57,754 nucleotides of DNA from a virus (lineage: Duplodnaviria; Caudoviricetes). Below the pieces are notes generated by a model that saw nothing but the letters and a program-made list of their open reading frames with translations, made no database searches and was not told where the DNA came from. Of this stretch, positions 7,474 through 17,686 are shown piece by piece. How positions within the stretch are numbered: the stretch's first letter is position 1; each line of letters opens with the position of its first letter. The stretch covers positions 1-57,754 of the IMG/VR virus record IMGVR_UViG_3300032897_000006; one strand, written 5' to 3'. Made by a program: the position numbers and the translations under genes.

Positions 7474-7934
7474 GGTCCCAAATCCCGGATTGTGACAATG
7501 GTTTTTTGCTCGGCGCGAGAACGCGGCTTCAGGTGGAAAATCTCACTTACAAGATGCTCAGGGTCATCGCCGGCGATTATGCCAAGGCCATAGGGATGGC
7601 GTTTGCTTCGCGGTTGCAAAAGGTCCAGGAGCCATTTTAACGAGGCTACAAGGTTATCGTCATCCGGTTGCTTTATCCCGTGCCTGAAGACCCTCACAAG
7701 TGCCTTGGGGATCGGCTCAGGCGGTCCCCGGCCTATGGCTTGTGCCACCTCCTGGCTTAGAGCGTGGATGAGTTTGGATTTGGTACTCCAGTGCATGTCT
7801 TTTTTTCGATTGGGCAGGATCAGCGGCCTTTTTAGCGTGAAGCTGTATTCCCCGATATGCGGCGGTTCTGGCGCGGTGTGCTGCGCCTGGCGCTTCTGGT
7901 AGTCGCGGAGCCAGGACTCATCGAATCCCTTCAT
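7470..7934 (-). CDS. RusA-like Holliday junction resolvase
   Basis: PDDDNL..SLK..LD.L...GII.GDD. Confidence 0.7.
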   Translation of the reverse strand: MKGFDESWLRDYQKRQAQHTAPEPPHIGEYSFTLKRPLILPNRKKDMHWSTKSKLIHALSQEVAQAIGRGPPEPIPKALVRVFRHGIKQPDDDNLVASLKWLLDLLQPRSKRHPYGLGIIAGDDPEHLVSEIFHLKPRSRAEQKTIVTIRDLGP

Positions 7935-8157
7935 GTTCCTTGTCCCTGCGCTTTTCAATCCGCGTTCCCGTAGCGCTGCTTTCCAGATCGGCCGCCGTTA
8001 TACCCCAGCCTTTTTCTTTGGCGATTTGTTCGGCAAGAAGCCAAAACCTGGAAGGTATTCCACGGCTTTTCCAATGGCTTATACAAATTCTGGAAACATT
8101 GAAGGCTTTGGCGGCATCGCCGGGGGCAAACCGTTCCAGAAAAGATTTATGATCCAT
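7918..8157 (-). CDS. Cro-like HTH regulator
   Basis: AAKAFNVSRICISHWKSRGIP. Confidence 0.75.
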   Translation of the reverse strand: MDHKSFLERFAPGDAAKAFNVSRICISHWKSRGIPSRFWLLAEQIAKEKGWGITAADLESSATGTRIEKRRDKEHEGIR

Positions 8158-8319
8158 TTTTGGACGTTTCCATTTTTTGCAGGACTCAGTGTTTAACAAG
8201 AAACTCCTGGACTGTCCATTTTGGATTGCACTATGCAAAAAAAAAGAATATCATTGCACTGCATAAACAATTAATAAAACGCTGGAAACAAATTATGCAA
8301 AACATTGAAAGGATTGCAT

Positions 8320-8583
8320 ATGTGGCAAGATAATAAGGAAGTTGTGTCTCCTGCTGAAAAGCAAAAGATGCTGGATATGCAATCCACAATGGAAACGCTT
8401 TTGACCGGTGCCATTGACAAATTGCAGGACGAAGGCGTTTGCATCATGGTTCTCTACAAGGAGGGTAACGCCTTACGGATGGCCCATATATCCAATGTAA
8501 GGACGCCATACCTAATCCTGGCCATGAAGGAATGGATAAAAATTCAGGAAGGGGAAAATGAACGAGATCATTTCGACGGATGA
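8320..8583 (+). CDS. Hypothetical protein
   Basis: First gene of the rightward operon. Confidence 0.6.
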   Translation: MWQDNKEVVSPAEKQKMLDMQSTMETLLTGAIDKLQDEGVCIMVLYKEGNALRMAHISNVRTPYLILAMKEWIKIQEGENERDHFDG

Positions 8584-9310
8584 TGCGGAAAAGCCTACAG
8601 TATCCCTTCTGAATATCATCGCGGAAGCATCCAGGAACCCGGATACAAACATCGCCAATCTCCAGGCGCTTTTGCAAATGCAGCGGGAGGTTATGGCTGA
8701 TCAGGCGAAAATTGCCTTTGCCCGCGCCTTGTGGCGGTTGAAGAAAGATATGCCGCAAATCCCGAAAAACGGGATCATTGATCTAGGCACTAAGGGAAAA
8801 ATCAAATTCGCCCGGTGGGAGGATATGGCTGAGGTCATCCAGCCGCTCATGGACCGGGAAGGCTTCACCCTCTCTTTTGATACTGAGGAACGCGCCCGAG
8901 AGGGCGGCGGCAGCGTGGTTATAGGCACGCTGACGCATATAGACGGCCACAGCAAGACGGCGCGCTTCAGCCTGCCCCTGGATAGCGGGCCGGGACGGAA
9001 CAGCCTCCAGGCGGCCGGCTCCACGCTCTCCTACGGCAAGCGCTATGTGACCGAGCTGCTTCTAAACATCGTTAGGCGCGGCGAGGATGACGATGCCCAT
9101 GCCGCAGGCATCCGCTACATCACGCCGCAGCAAAAAGATGAGTTGATTGCACTCATTAAGGAAACAAATACAGATACGAAAGCCTATCTTCTGAATCGCG
9201 GCGTGAACAGCCTGGATGAAATCGAGTTTAAAAATTTTCCATCCTCTCTCAATGCACTTCTAGCCAAGAAAGCAAAAATGGAGAAAAAAGGTGAAGGAAA
9301 TTCAAGTTGA
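8558..9310 (+). CDS. ERF-family single-strand annealing protein
   Basis: GSTLSYGKRY and EDDDA ERF motifs. Confidence 0.85.
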   Translation: MNEIISTDDAEKPTVSLLNIIAEASRNPDTNIANLQALLQMQREVMADQAKIAFARALWRLKKDMPQIPKNGIIDLGTKGKIKFARWEDMAEVIQPLMDREGFTLSFDTEERAREGGGSVVIGTLTHIDGHSKTARFSLPLDSGPGRNSLQAAGSTLSYGKRYVTELLLNIVRRGEDDDAHAAGIRYITPQQKDELIALIKETNTDTKAYLLNRGVNSLDEIEFKNFPSSLNALLAKKAKMEKKGEGNSS

Positions 9311-9965
9311 ACAGGGGAGTCCTGAATGGCTCTCCGCCCGCCTCGGCATGCCCACGGCTTCAAATTTCGACAAGATTCTAACGCCAGGCGGAAAACTATC
9401 CACATCGGCACGAAAATACGCTTACTATCTGGCAGCGGAGAAAATTCTGAATCGCCAGCTCGAATCCCTGGATCACCTAGAATGGGTCCAGCACGGGAAA
9501 ATGCACGAAGACGCCGCGGTTAAAAATTATGAGTTTGTTCAAGAGGTTAGAATCCGAAAATGCGGGCTGATCACCACGGATGACGGCCGTGCCGGGGCTA
9601 GTCCAGATCGCCTCCTGCTGGATTTGAACGGCGGGCTGGAGATCAAATGCCCCGCGCCGCAAACACAGATCGGCTATATCGTGGACGGGTTTGGCGATGC
9701 CTATAAATGCCAGGTACAAGGGCAAATGTGGGTGGCGGAGCTGGATTTTGTTGACCGCTACGCCTGGCACCCGGAATTGCCTCCATCTCTTCAGCGCACG
9801 GAACGCGATGAACCATTTATCAAGCTCTTGGCTGATGCCATCAATCAGTTTTGCGATGATTTGGACGAAATTATCCGCAAAGCCAGAGCATCCGGCTATT
9901 TCGAGGAACAGCAAAAGCTGTTGACCACCATAGATCAAGCCTATTTATCGGATTCAAACCAATGA
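9291..9965 (+). CDS. YqaJ/lambda-type exonuclease
   Basis: QGSPEW..RLG..TAS, GASPD, LEIKCP, QVQGQM. Confidence 0.9.
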   Translation: MKEIQVEQGSPEWLSARLGMPTASNFDKILTPGGKLSTSARKYAYYLAAEKILNRQLESLDHLEWVQHGKMHEDAAVKNYEFVQEVRIRKCGLITTDDGRAGASPDRLLLDLNGGLEIKCPAPQTQIGYIVDGFGDAYKCQVQGQMWVAELDFVDRYAWHPELPPSLQRTERDEPFIKLLADAINQFCDDLDEIIRKARASGYFEEQQKLLTTIDQAYLSDSNQ

Positions 9966-10306
9966 TAGATTTGCGGGAGTTGGATAAATACAGAGTCGAT
10001 GGATACACCCATGAAGATCGAAAATTTCATGGTGTATTCTGCATCACATCAAAATCCGCACGGCGGGTTATGAGGATTATCGCCTCAAATGGCGATGGCT
10101 GGGATCATGTCTCAATAAGTCTCAATAACCGCTGCCCGAATTGGCAGGAGATGGAGCAAATCAAGCGGCTTTTTTTCAAGGAAGAGGAGCTATGCTGGCA
10201 ATACCATGTGCCGCCGGCGGATCATATCAATGTTCACCCTTATGTGTTGCATATTTGGCGGAAACACAATTTTGATATGCCCCTGCCGCCCAAGGAAATG
10301 GTGTAA
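9962..10306 (+). CDS. Conserved phage protein
   Basis: GWDHVSIS..RCP.W.EM...HIN.HP..LH.W. Confidence 0.75.
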   Translation: MIDLRELDKYRVDGYTHEDRKFHGVFCITSKSARRVMRIIASNGDGWDHVSISLNNRCPNWQEMEQIKRLFFKEEELCWQYHVPPADHINVHPYVLHIWRKHNFDMPLPPKEMV

Positions 10307-10328
10307 ATTTAGGCATAACATTTCTAAT

Positions 10329-10357
10329 TCATCTTAGATGATTGGTATTTACAATTA
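10329..10357. repeat. 29-bp site TCATCTTAGATG-N6-ATTTACAATTA, copy 1
   Basis: Identical arms at 11026-11054. Confidence 0.75.
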
Positions 10358-10412
10358 GAGAAAATATATTAAGACCGCTCTTGTTTGGTATGAACAAAAC
10401 TGGAGCAAGATT

Positions 10413-10766
10413 TTGAAAGCGAAACTTTTCCTTTTGGCGGCATCTATCTCCCTCGCTCCCACGGCATCCTATGCACGTACATGGGTGGTGGAAAATATTG
10501 AAAACGCAACATGCGATTATTTGCCATCGGATGGCTATACATCCCCAGCAGATGCAGAAGACCAGTTACGTCAGCAGAACATAATTCCCAATATCACGGA
10601 ACAAACCAATGCAGATGGCACGCTTTCAGGTGTTACACTCTCATATGTTTCGGCGGGAGGTACTACGCTTGAAATGCAGTTTTTCACTTCAATGGATGGA
10701 TGTCAGGACCAGCTTGGTCAGGATTTGAAAAATGGGATTGTGACTGATCCTAATGCTCTGAGATAG
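10413..10766 (+). CDS. Secreted hypothetical protein
   Basis: Signal peptide ending ASYA. Confidence 0.7.
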   Translation: MKAKLFLLAASISLAPTASYARTWVVENIENATCDYLPSDGYTSPADAEDQLRQQNIIPNITEQTNADGTLSGVTLSYVSAGGTTLEMQFFTSMDGCQDQLGQDLKNGIVTDPNALR

Positions 10767-10777
10767 GAAAAGTCGTT

Positions 10778-10990
10778 ATGATTCCAAGGAGTTTTGAGAT
10801 TGGAGAGATCGTCCAGGTTGATCCGAATGTAGAAACATTCGGCGGCTGCCTAGTGGTGGTCACGGAGCCAAAGGAATGGGGCATTCAAGGATATGTGCAA
10901 AATGCCGGTAGCAATGGACAGGCATATATCCGCCTCAAATTTAAGGACATAGAGCCAACAGGCGGTATGGTGGCTTGGATTGTTCCTTAA
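10778..10990 (+). CDS. Hypothetical protein
   Basis: ORF with RBS. Confidence 0.65.
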   Translation: MIPRSFEIGEIVQVDPNVETFGGCLVVVTEPKEWGIQGYVQNAGSNGQAYIRLKFKDIEPTGGMVAWIVP

Positions 10991-11017
10991 ATTTTTGCCA
11001 CGACTTGATAATTAGTA

Positions 11018-11068
11018 TTGCACCATCATCTTAGATGTGATTAATTTACAATTACGATGATGGTGCAA
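11018..11068. repeat. 29-bp site copy 2, overlapped by a perfect 13-bp inverted repeat
   Basis: TTGCACCATCATC / GATGATGGTGCAA. Confidence 0.75.
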
Positions 11069-11069
11069 C

Positions 11070-11300
11070 ATGGCAAACCAAATCCCTGAATTGAATCCTG
11101 TCTCCAGCTCGCATTTGGATGCGGTTGGATATGATAGCGCCTCGCAAACGCTATATGTGAAGTGGAAAGACGGCCGGGTGTCTGCTTATGACAATGTTCC
11201 TCCATCAACGGCCAGTGACCTTCAAAAATCGCCAAGCGTCGGCAAGGCGTTCAATTCCCTGATACGCGGCAAGTATCAGCATCAATACGTTGAAAGATAG
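11070..11300 (+). CDS. KTSC-domain protein
   Basis: SSHLDAVGYD..TL.V.W..G....Y.NVP....S.GK.FN..IR. Confidence 0.9.
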   Translation: MANQIPELNPVSSSHLDAVGYDSASQTLYVKWKDGRVSAYDNVPPSTASDLQKSPSVGKAFNSLIRGKYQHQYVER

Positions 11301-11306
11301 AGACTA

Positions 11307-11942
11307 ATGGCTAAAGCGACGAAGACCACAGGCCCGCTCAAGGCTTGCATTTACACGCGAGTTTCCACGGCTGATCAAACCACGGATAACCAACGCCGCG
11401 AATTGATGGAGCTGGCGGCAAAGCGCGGCTGGGAAGTGGTAGGGGAATACACCGATCACGGCATTAGCGGCGGCAAGGGGCGCGAGGCGCGGCCGGGGCT
11501 GAATGCCATGCTGAAGGCGGCGGATGCCGGCGAGTTCGATATTATCCTGGTATGGGCGATTGACCGCCTTGGCCGCTCTTTGGGCAATCTGATCCACACG
11601 CTCCAGGATTTGGATGCGGCCAAGGTCGGCTTGTATCTGCACACGCAAAACCTCGATACCACCACGCCGGCGGGCCGGGCGATGTTCGGCATGCTGGGCG
11701 TCTTTGCCGAGTTTGAGCGCGCCATGATCCAGACTCGCATTAAAGCTGGCCTAGCGCGGGTGAAGGAAGAGGGGCGCCGCCCTGGTCCGAAGGGCATTGA
11801 AGTGAGTGACCCTGAGCGTTACCAGCGCGTCGTGGAATTGCTTGCCAGCGGCATGCGGCCGTGGGTGGTGCATAAGACCACCGGCACCGGACATTCTACT
11901 GTGCTGAGAATCCGGGACGAGATGAGAGCAGCGGCGGAATAA
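11307..11942 (+). CDS. Small serine recombinase (resolvase/invertase)
   Basis: YTRVST, RPGL..ML, DRLGRS, AEFER; C-terminal HTH. Confidence 0.95.
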   Translation: MAKATKTTGPLKACIYTRVSTADQTTDNQRRELMELAAKRGWEVVGEYTDHGISGGKGREARPGLNAMLKAADAGEFDIILVWAIDRLGRSLGNLIHTLQDLDAAKVGLYLHTQNLDTTTPAGRAMFGMLGVFAEFERAMIQTRIKAGLARVKEEGRRPGPKGIEVSDPERYQRVVELLASGMRPWVVHKTTGTGHSTVLRIRDEMRAAAE

Positions 11943-11960
11943 ACAAAGGAGGAAACGCCA

Positions 11961-12233
11961 ATGAAAGACTTTGAAAATATTAACACGATTGATGAATTCT
12001 GGAATAAATTAAAAAATGAGGTGGCGAAAGATGCGGAGATTTACAAATTAGAGTTGATGCGGGCCGTGTTTTACACAGCCTGCGCCGGCATGTACGCCAT
12101 TATGAAATTCAATATTTTTGAAAAGAACACTGATATTCGGACAAAAATTGATTTCATGAGGCTTGTCGAAAAAGAGATTCATGATTTCTGTGATGAAATC
12201 TCAGACGATCTTCCCAAAAACGTCAAACACTGA
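11961..12233 (+). CDS. Hypothetical protein
   Basis: AGGAGG RBS. Confidence 0.7.
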   Translation: MKDFENINTIDEFWNKLKNEVAKDAEIYKLELMRAVFYTACAGMYAIMKFNIFEKNTDIRTKIDFMRLVEKEIHDFCDEISDDLPKNVKH

Positions 12234-12241
12234 GGAAAAAC

Positions 12242-12571
12242 ATGCACATTTTGAAAATTATCCTGCAAGGCGTGGGTGAAACCATCATGCTCAGGTTCAA
12301 GACAAAAAGCGATGCGGAACTCAACCGAAATAACATCCAAACGACCATGGAAACAAAAGATGGCGTCTATCCGATGCCGGTAGATATAGAGGATGATTTT
12401 GGTTTATCAGTCAAAATACCGCCCTATGGCGTTCTACTGATGATCCTCATCGACTTTGAAAAAGCCATGGAGGGTGACGCCACCTGGGGGTATAACCAGA
12501 AGAAAATACAGGATCGCACGATAAACCGCCTGATGGCTGAGCAGCCGATCATTCAGAAGGCTTTCCAATAG
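12242..12571 (+). CDS. Hypothetical protein
   Basis: GAGG RBS. Confidence 0.7.
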   Translation: MHILKIILQGVGETIMLRFKTKSDAELNRNNIQTTMETKDGVYPMPVDIEDDFGLSVKIPPYGVLLMILIDFEKAMEGDATWGYNQKKIQDRTINRLMAEQPIIQKAFQ

Positions 12572-12614
12572 ATTCTGCTTGATGGCTAGGGAGGCGCCTT
12601 GATAATGGCCTGAA

Positions 12615-14471
12615 ATGGCCAGCAAATCAGGAAAATGGCTCAAGGCGTTCTCCCAATTCATCGCCAACCTGCGGATTGACAGTAAGGAATCCGCAGCGGA
12701 ATCGCCTGAAGAAGGCACAAAGCTGGAATTATGGGAGAGCCAGCAGAGAGCATTGGGCTTCATCGGCAATGGACTCGATGAAGGAATCCATATTTTTCTG
12801 ATACTTAAGTCACGTCAGCTTGGCATTTCCACGATCACGCTGGCCATCTTGCTCTTTTGGCTGGCAATCCATCCCCGAATTTTCGGCGCCCTGGTCATAG
12901 ATAACGACAAAAACAGCCAATCATTCCGGGACGTTTTGACGCGCTATATGCGCAGCTTTCCCCAAAATTATTTTGGAAAAGCGTTCACCATCACCAAAAA
13001 TAACGCGGCTTTCCTGGAATTTTCCAACGGGTCGCGCCTGGATTTCCTGGTTGCTGGAAAGTCGAAAACGACATGGGGCGAATCCCGCGCCTATACCGTG
13101 GCACTGCTTTCCGAAGTTTCCAAATACGGCCGTGTCGAGGGGCTGAATTCATTCATGGAAACCATGTCCATGGATAATCCGAACCGGCTCTACATATTCG
13201 AGAGTACGGCGCACGGGCAAAATCATTGGCGCGGCATGTGGGATGATGCCGGCACTGATATTTACGTCAAACGCCGCCTTTTCGCCGGATGGTGGAGCAA
13301 GCCGCTTAATAGGATCGACAAGAAAGACCCACGGTTTAAGGTTTTTGGCGCTTCGCCCCCCTCGATGCGCGAAAAAGAAAAGATGGTTGAGGTCAAAGAG
13401 GCTTATGGCTGGACCATCACGCAAGAACAGCTCGCATGGATTAGGTGGAAGGAATCAAATAAAACTGTCTCCAAGGAAATGCTGGATGAAAATCAGCCTT
13501 GGACGGAAGACGACGCCTTTGTTTCCACGGGCATGTCATTTTTCCAAATTCGCAAGGTTACGGATGACCTGGAGCGGGCAAGGACAATTCCATCTCTCTG
13601 GTATCGCTATTACCACGGCAACAGCTTCATGGCCTCGAAATGCGAACAAATCATCACGCCAGATCGCTATAACGAGGTGGAGCTGAGGGTTTGGGAAGAA
13701 CCGGTTCAAGGTGCGAGATACGCCATCGGTTTTGATCCCGCTTATGGACGGAATGACAATGCGGATAACAACGTGATTTGCGTGGCCCGATGCTTCGCGG
13801 ACAAATGGGTGCAAGTCGCGGAATACGCCAGCAATAATCACACACCCGGCCAGGCGGCATGGGTCATGGCGCATCTCGCCGGCTGGTATGTCAATTGTAT
13901 CGTGAACCTGGAAATCGGAGGCCCTGGCGACCAGGTAATGATGGAATTGAATTCTGTTCGGCAGCAGCTTCGCTCCGAAGAATACCAAAAGGCGATGAAA
14001 ATGCCCGCTGGAGCCACCAACTTTTTGGAAACAATGCGGTGGTATCTCTACCATCGCCCTGATTCCATGGGTGCTGGCTACGTCTATAACTGGCAGACCA
14101 GCGTTAGGACAAAATTCCGGCTCCTCGGCGGTTTCCGGGACAGCCATGTGACCGATCAAATCCTGATGAATTCGGTTTTTTGCTTACGGGAAATGTACGA
14201 GGTTGTGCAGGAAGGCGCGGAAGTCGGAGCGCCTGGAGGCCTTCATGATGACCGCGTATTCGCGGCGGCATTGGCGGATGAGTGCTGGAAAAGCTGGATT
14301 CGCCCCTCGATGATCGCGCAAGGCCTGACCTATGAGCGGGCTATGAAGGCCACGGATCACGTTCAATCCAAAGTATCCGATATTCTGAATAACAGCGTCA
14401 TGCGCGCATTGAACGCGCCAAAACCAGAGCCGCCGATCAATAAATTCCTGTCAGAACGCGGATTGGCATAG
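12615..14471 (+). CDS. terL: Terminase large subunit
   Basis: LKSRQLGIST Walker A, LLSE, ESTA, GFDPA nuclease motif, HDDRV. Confidence 0.92.
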   Translation: MASKSGKWLKAFSQFIANLRIDSKESAAESPEEGTKLELWESQQRALGFIGNGLDEGIHIFLILKSRQLGISTITLAILLFWLAIHPRIFGALVIDNDKNSQSFRDVLTRYMRSFPQNYFGKAFTITKNNAAFLEFSNGSRLDFLVAGKSKTTWGESRAYTVALLSEVSKYGRVEGLNSFMETMSMDNPNRLYIFESTAHGQNHWRGMWDDAGTDIYVKRRLFAGWWSKPLNRIDKKDPRFKVFGASPPSMREKEKMVEVKEAYGWTITQEQLAWIRWKESNKTVSKEMLDENQPWTEDDAFVSTGMSFFQIRKVTDDLERARTIPSLWYRYYHGNSFMASKCEQIITPDRYNEVELRVWEEPVQGARYAIGFDPAYGRNDNADNNVICVARCFADKWVQVAEYASNNHTPGQAAWVMAHLAGWYVNCIVNLEIGGPGDQVMMELNSVRQQLRSEEYQKAMKMPAGATNFLETMRWYLYHRPDSMGAGYVYNWQTSVRTKFRLLGGFRDSHVTDQILMNSVFCLREMYEVVQEGAEVGAPGGLHDDRVFAAALADECWKSWIRPSMIAQGLTYERAMKATDHVQSKVSDILNNSVMRALNAPKPEPPINKFLSERGLA

Positions 14472-14488
14472 AAGGAAAGGAAAAATCC

Positions 14489-14827
14489 ATGCCCCGTTGG
14501 CCTTCGCAAGTCGAAACTCCCGAACTGACTCCCTCCCCTGCCGCGCCTCCAGCTCCCCCGGCTCCGCCGAAACAGGAATATGGCTACCAGGCTTTGAATC
14601 CCGATGACGCGGATACCAGGACATATCCGTATAACGGAGAAACCGTGAGGGTTTCAAACAGCCCCGATAATCCAGGATTTGAGGCGAAATGGCGGGCGAC
14701 TAGGCAGCTAAAGGGCTGGAAATGGGTGAAGACCGGCGCATGGGTGGTGCCACTCTATAATATCCGCCTGCCCTTTGAACCTTTGTACTGGCGGCCTCTT
14801 TCCAATTTGGAAGATTCGGAAAATTAG
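14489..14827 (+). CDS. Hypothetical protein
   Basis: ORF with RBS. Confidence 0.65.
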   Translation: MPRWPSQVETPELTPSPAAPPAPPAPPKQEYGYQALNPDDADTRTYPYNGETVRVSNSPDNPGFEAKWRATRQLKGWKWVKTGAWVVPLYNIRLPFEPLYWRPLSNLEDSEN

Positions 14828-14829
14828 CC

Positions 14830-15357
14830 ATGGATTTCTGGATCAAAAACCGCTGCCAGAACTGTTCCCACGTCTATCGCTTCAAGGCGACAAGCGACTT
14901 TCCCGATGCCGGCGATGTCCCGGACAAAGAATGCCCGAAATGCAGCGCGGTCCAGAAAAATAAGGGCTTTGACATATCGGCAGGGAAAGCGCCCTCCATC
15001 GGCGGATCAAACACCGTGAGGGCGATGGATATGGCCGCGAACATGGTCATGGAGGATCACGGCATGACCGATCTTTCCTCAGATGGCCGTGAGGGTGCGG
15101 TGATGGCGCCCAAGCTGCCTCCGGGGCAGCAGCAGCGGGCAGATGCCATGTTTGGCACACCGAAAATCAATAGTGCCATAGGATCGAGGGTAAGGAGCAT
15201 GGTCCAGGCCGCAGCTCAGGGACAGCCTTTAGGTGCCTTTGCGAGGGCGCCTGATCCCCGCGCCCCTAATCCCGTGGAAATGGTTCACCGGGCCAAGCAA
15301 AGACCCCCTGTGACGCTCCTAAATCCACGCCGACCGGATGGGAGTATCATATCGTGA
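14830..15357 (+). CDS. Zinc-ribbon protein
   Basis: CQNC...CPKC. Confidence 0.7.
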   Translation: MDFWIKNRCQNCSHVYRFKATSDFPDAGDVPDKECPKCSAVQKNKGFDISAGKAPSIGGSNTVRAMDMAANMVMEDHGMTDLSSDGREGAVMAPKLPPGQQQRADAMFGTPKINSAIGSRVRSMVQAAAQGQPLGAFARAPDPRAPNPVEMVHRAKQRPPVTLLNPRRPDGSIIS

Positions 15358-15857
15358 CACGGGGAATCATAAACGACAAAAATAGCGGAATAACTTCTGA
15401 GCATCTAAAATCGCGGATGACTTATGATCAGAAATTGGGAACATTTACTTGGTTGAACGGCAAATGTTCTGGTAAAATAGCCGGTCGTATAGAGACATAC
15501 GGATATGTCGTAATTTATCTTAAAGGAAGATTATATCGAGCCCATCGTCTTGCATTTCTCTATATGACGGGAAATTGGCCTGATTATGAAGTTGATCACA
15601 TAGACGGAAACAGATCAAATAATTCGTGGTCAAATTTAAGGCAGGCGACAAGATCAAAAAATAATATGAATAAAAAATGGAATGGAAAAAATTTGAAAGG
15701 AGCGCATTGGGATTACAGAACCAAAAAGTGGTGCGCAACTTTAAAAATAAACAAAAAATCTATTTGGCTTGGAAGGCATGATACTGAGAAGGAAGCTCAT
15801 AACGCATACATAAAAGCAGCCTATGAACATTTTGGTGAATTTGCGAGGGCATCATGA
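15354..15857 (+). CDS. HNH homing endonuclease with AP2-like domain
   Basis: AHRLA, VDHIDG.R.NN..SNLR, LG....EA..AY..AA; AT-rich. Confidence 0.9.
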   Translation: MTRGIINDKNSGITSEHLKSRMTYDQKLGTFTWLNGKCSGKIAGRIETYGYVVIYLKGRLYRAHRLAFLYMTGNWPDYEVDHIDGNRSNNSWSNLRQATRSKNNMNKKWNGKNLKGAHWDYRTKKWCATLKINKKSIWLGRHDTEKEAHNAYIKAAYEHFGEFARAS

Positions 15858-17683
15858 TTATTCCAGATCGTGATTTGGAAGAATGGCTGTACGAGATTAT
15901 TAGACAATGTACTCCCGACTCGCTTGATCGCTTACAGCGTGGCGCTTTCTTCAGGAACATATACCTGTCTGGCGATGAAAATGGCGATGCTGCGATTTAC
16001 AATAAGACTTTTGACAGCATCGAAGACCTGACAAGTTATATCTGCACCACCACCGATCTTCGCTATCTTGTGACCTATCCTGGTGGCGGTTCTTCATTGC
16101 AGCGCGCACAAGCGGAATCTATTGCTCATGAGCTGATAGATCAATCTCGCCAAACTGATTTAGACACGCTTTTTGAGGAAGCCACGCGCTGGGCGCTGGT
16201 AAAGGGCATCACCTTTATAAAAATGCTATGGACCGTGAACGGGCTGGAGCCGCATCTGATCATGCCTGAATTCATGGGCGTGTTGAGGGCTGATATAAAC
16301 AATCTAGATCAGCAAGAGGCGTTTGTTCATTCAACATATCTGACGCGAGATCAATTCAGAATTTTGATAAAGGATCACCCGGATTCAAAGCGGATTTATA
16401 AACGGGCGATTCAGTTTTCGATGCAAACGCGCTCAGCCGATGGACCAGACCAGGCCGCAATGCTGAAGCAAGTCATTGTCGGTGGCTTTCAGCCTTACCA
16501 AGGCGTTGGCGGCGTGGGTGCGGCAAATCCGCAAACCACAAATGGCATGGTGCAATGGCTTGCCGGTCCTTATCCGTCATTCGATCCAAAAATAATCACA
16601 GAACTTGTCCGCGTGGATGAGCTTTGGATACGGGATGATTCCAGAAAGGATGACGAAGGGCGCAGGGAATGGAGTACATTCCAGCTTGTAGGCAACATCA
16701 TCCTGTTTGGAAAAGAACAGCGTATGAACATTTTTGCCGATGCGATTGATCTGGCCAATAAACAGCCAATCAGGACGCCTTTCGAGGGAAATCCGCTGGC
16801 CTTCAAACAGCCTTTTGTCGAATTCTGTCCAAATCGCTTGCAGAACTATTTTTGGGGGCGTTCGGAAGTTGCCAATTTGGCACTTTTGCAAAGACAACTC
16901 AATAAACGGGTGAATGGCATCAATGGTCTTTTGCGCCTTCAGGAGCAACCTCCTATCGCGTTCCTGGGCGGCACCGGCATGGATCAGGACAAAAAATCCA
17001 AACTGACAAAACCTGGCGGATGGATGCACGATCCCGATCCCACCGCAAAGCCGCCGATTGTATTGGCACCGACTCTGCCGACGGATTTATGGACCAGCCT
17101 CCAGCAGACAGAGCGTTTGTTTGACGTAATGACGGGCATGACTCCCACGTTGCAGGGTTTGGCTTCACCTTCTGTTAGAAGCCATGGACAAACCGGGCAA
17201 TTGACATCAAACGCAACGCCAAGGTTCAAGACAAAATCCTTGCGAATTGAAAGATCAATCCAATCATGCGCTGGCTTACTATTGGATTTGTTGAAGGCAA
17301 AATCAAGCACTCTGCTTACCGCTTGGGTTATGCCGGAAAAGGAATTCGCTCCTGAATTGCTTGGCAAGTTGATTGATCCATCCGTACAGCCGCCGGTTCC
17401 CGGCATGAAGGCATATCAATTCTACATGCACGAAATTCCGCATAATATTCGCGTCTCCGTTGACGCCCATAGTTCTTCGCCAGCCTTTGGCGATGAGGCG
17501 CAAGAGAAGGCGATATTGCTTAAGAAGGCAAATGCGATGTCGAATACGCAATTTGTCGAACAGATCAATCCTCCCAATGCTGATGCGGTTATTGCTGAAG
17601 TCAAAACCGCCGAGGTCGCAGAACTAGCCGCACAAAAGGAACAGCAGCAGGGCGGCGCACCACCTGGGAGAAGGAAAAAATAA
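15854..17683 (+). CDS. Portal protein
   Basis: 609 aa after TerL; PF...YFWGRS.V..L..LQ..LN motif. Confidence 0.8.
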   Translation: MIIPDRDLEEWLYEIIRQCTPDSLDRLQRGAFFRNIYLSGDENGDAAIYNKTFDSIEDLTSYICTTTDLRYLVTYPGGGSSLQRAQAESIAHELIDQSRQTDLDTLFEEATRWALVKGITFIKMLWTVNGLEPHLIMPEFMGVLRADINNLDQQEAFVHSTYLTRDQFRILIKDHPDSKRIYKRAIQFSMQTRSADGPDQAAMLKQVIVGGFQPYQGVGGVGAANPQTTNGMVQWLAGPYPSFDPKIITELVRVDELWIRDDSRKDDEGRREWSTFQLVGNIILFGKEQRMNIFADAIDLANKQPIRTPFEGNPLAFKQPFVEFCPNRLQNYFWGRSEVANLALLQRQLNKRVNGINGLLRLQEQPPIAFLGGTGMDQDKKSKLTKPGGWMHDPDPTAKPPIVLAPTLPTDLWTSLQQTERLFDVMTGMTPTLQGLASPSVRSHGQTGQLTSNATPRFKTKSLRIERSIQSCAGLLLDLLKAKSSTLLTAWVMPEKEFAPELLGKLIDPSVQPPVPGMKAYQFYMHEIPHNIRVSVDAHSSSPAFGDEAQEKAILLKKANAMSNTQFVEQINPPNADAVIAEVKTAEVAELAAQKEQQQGGAPPGRRKK

Positions 17684-17686
17684 TCC

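Noticed and set aside
10329-10357. Xer dif site
   Set aside because: The spacer geometry fits, but the XerD-like arm is in the wrong orientation and there is no XerC-like arm
11307-11942. Tail-fibre invertase or integrase
   Set aside because: Too short for a large serine integrase, far from the fibre genes, and no inverted fibre cassette is seen
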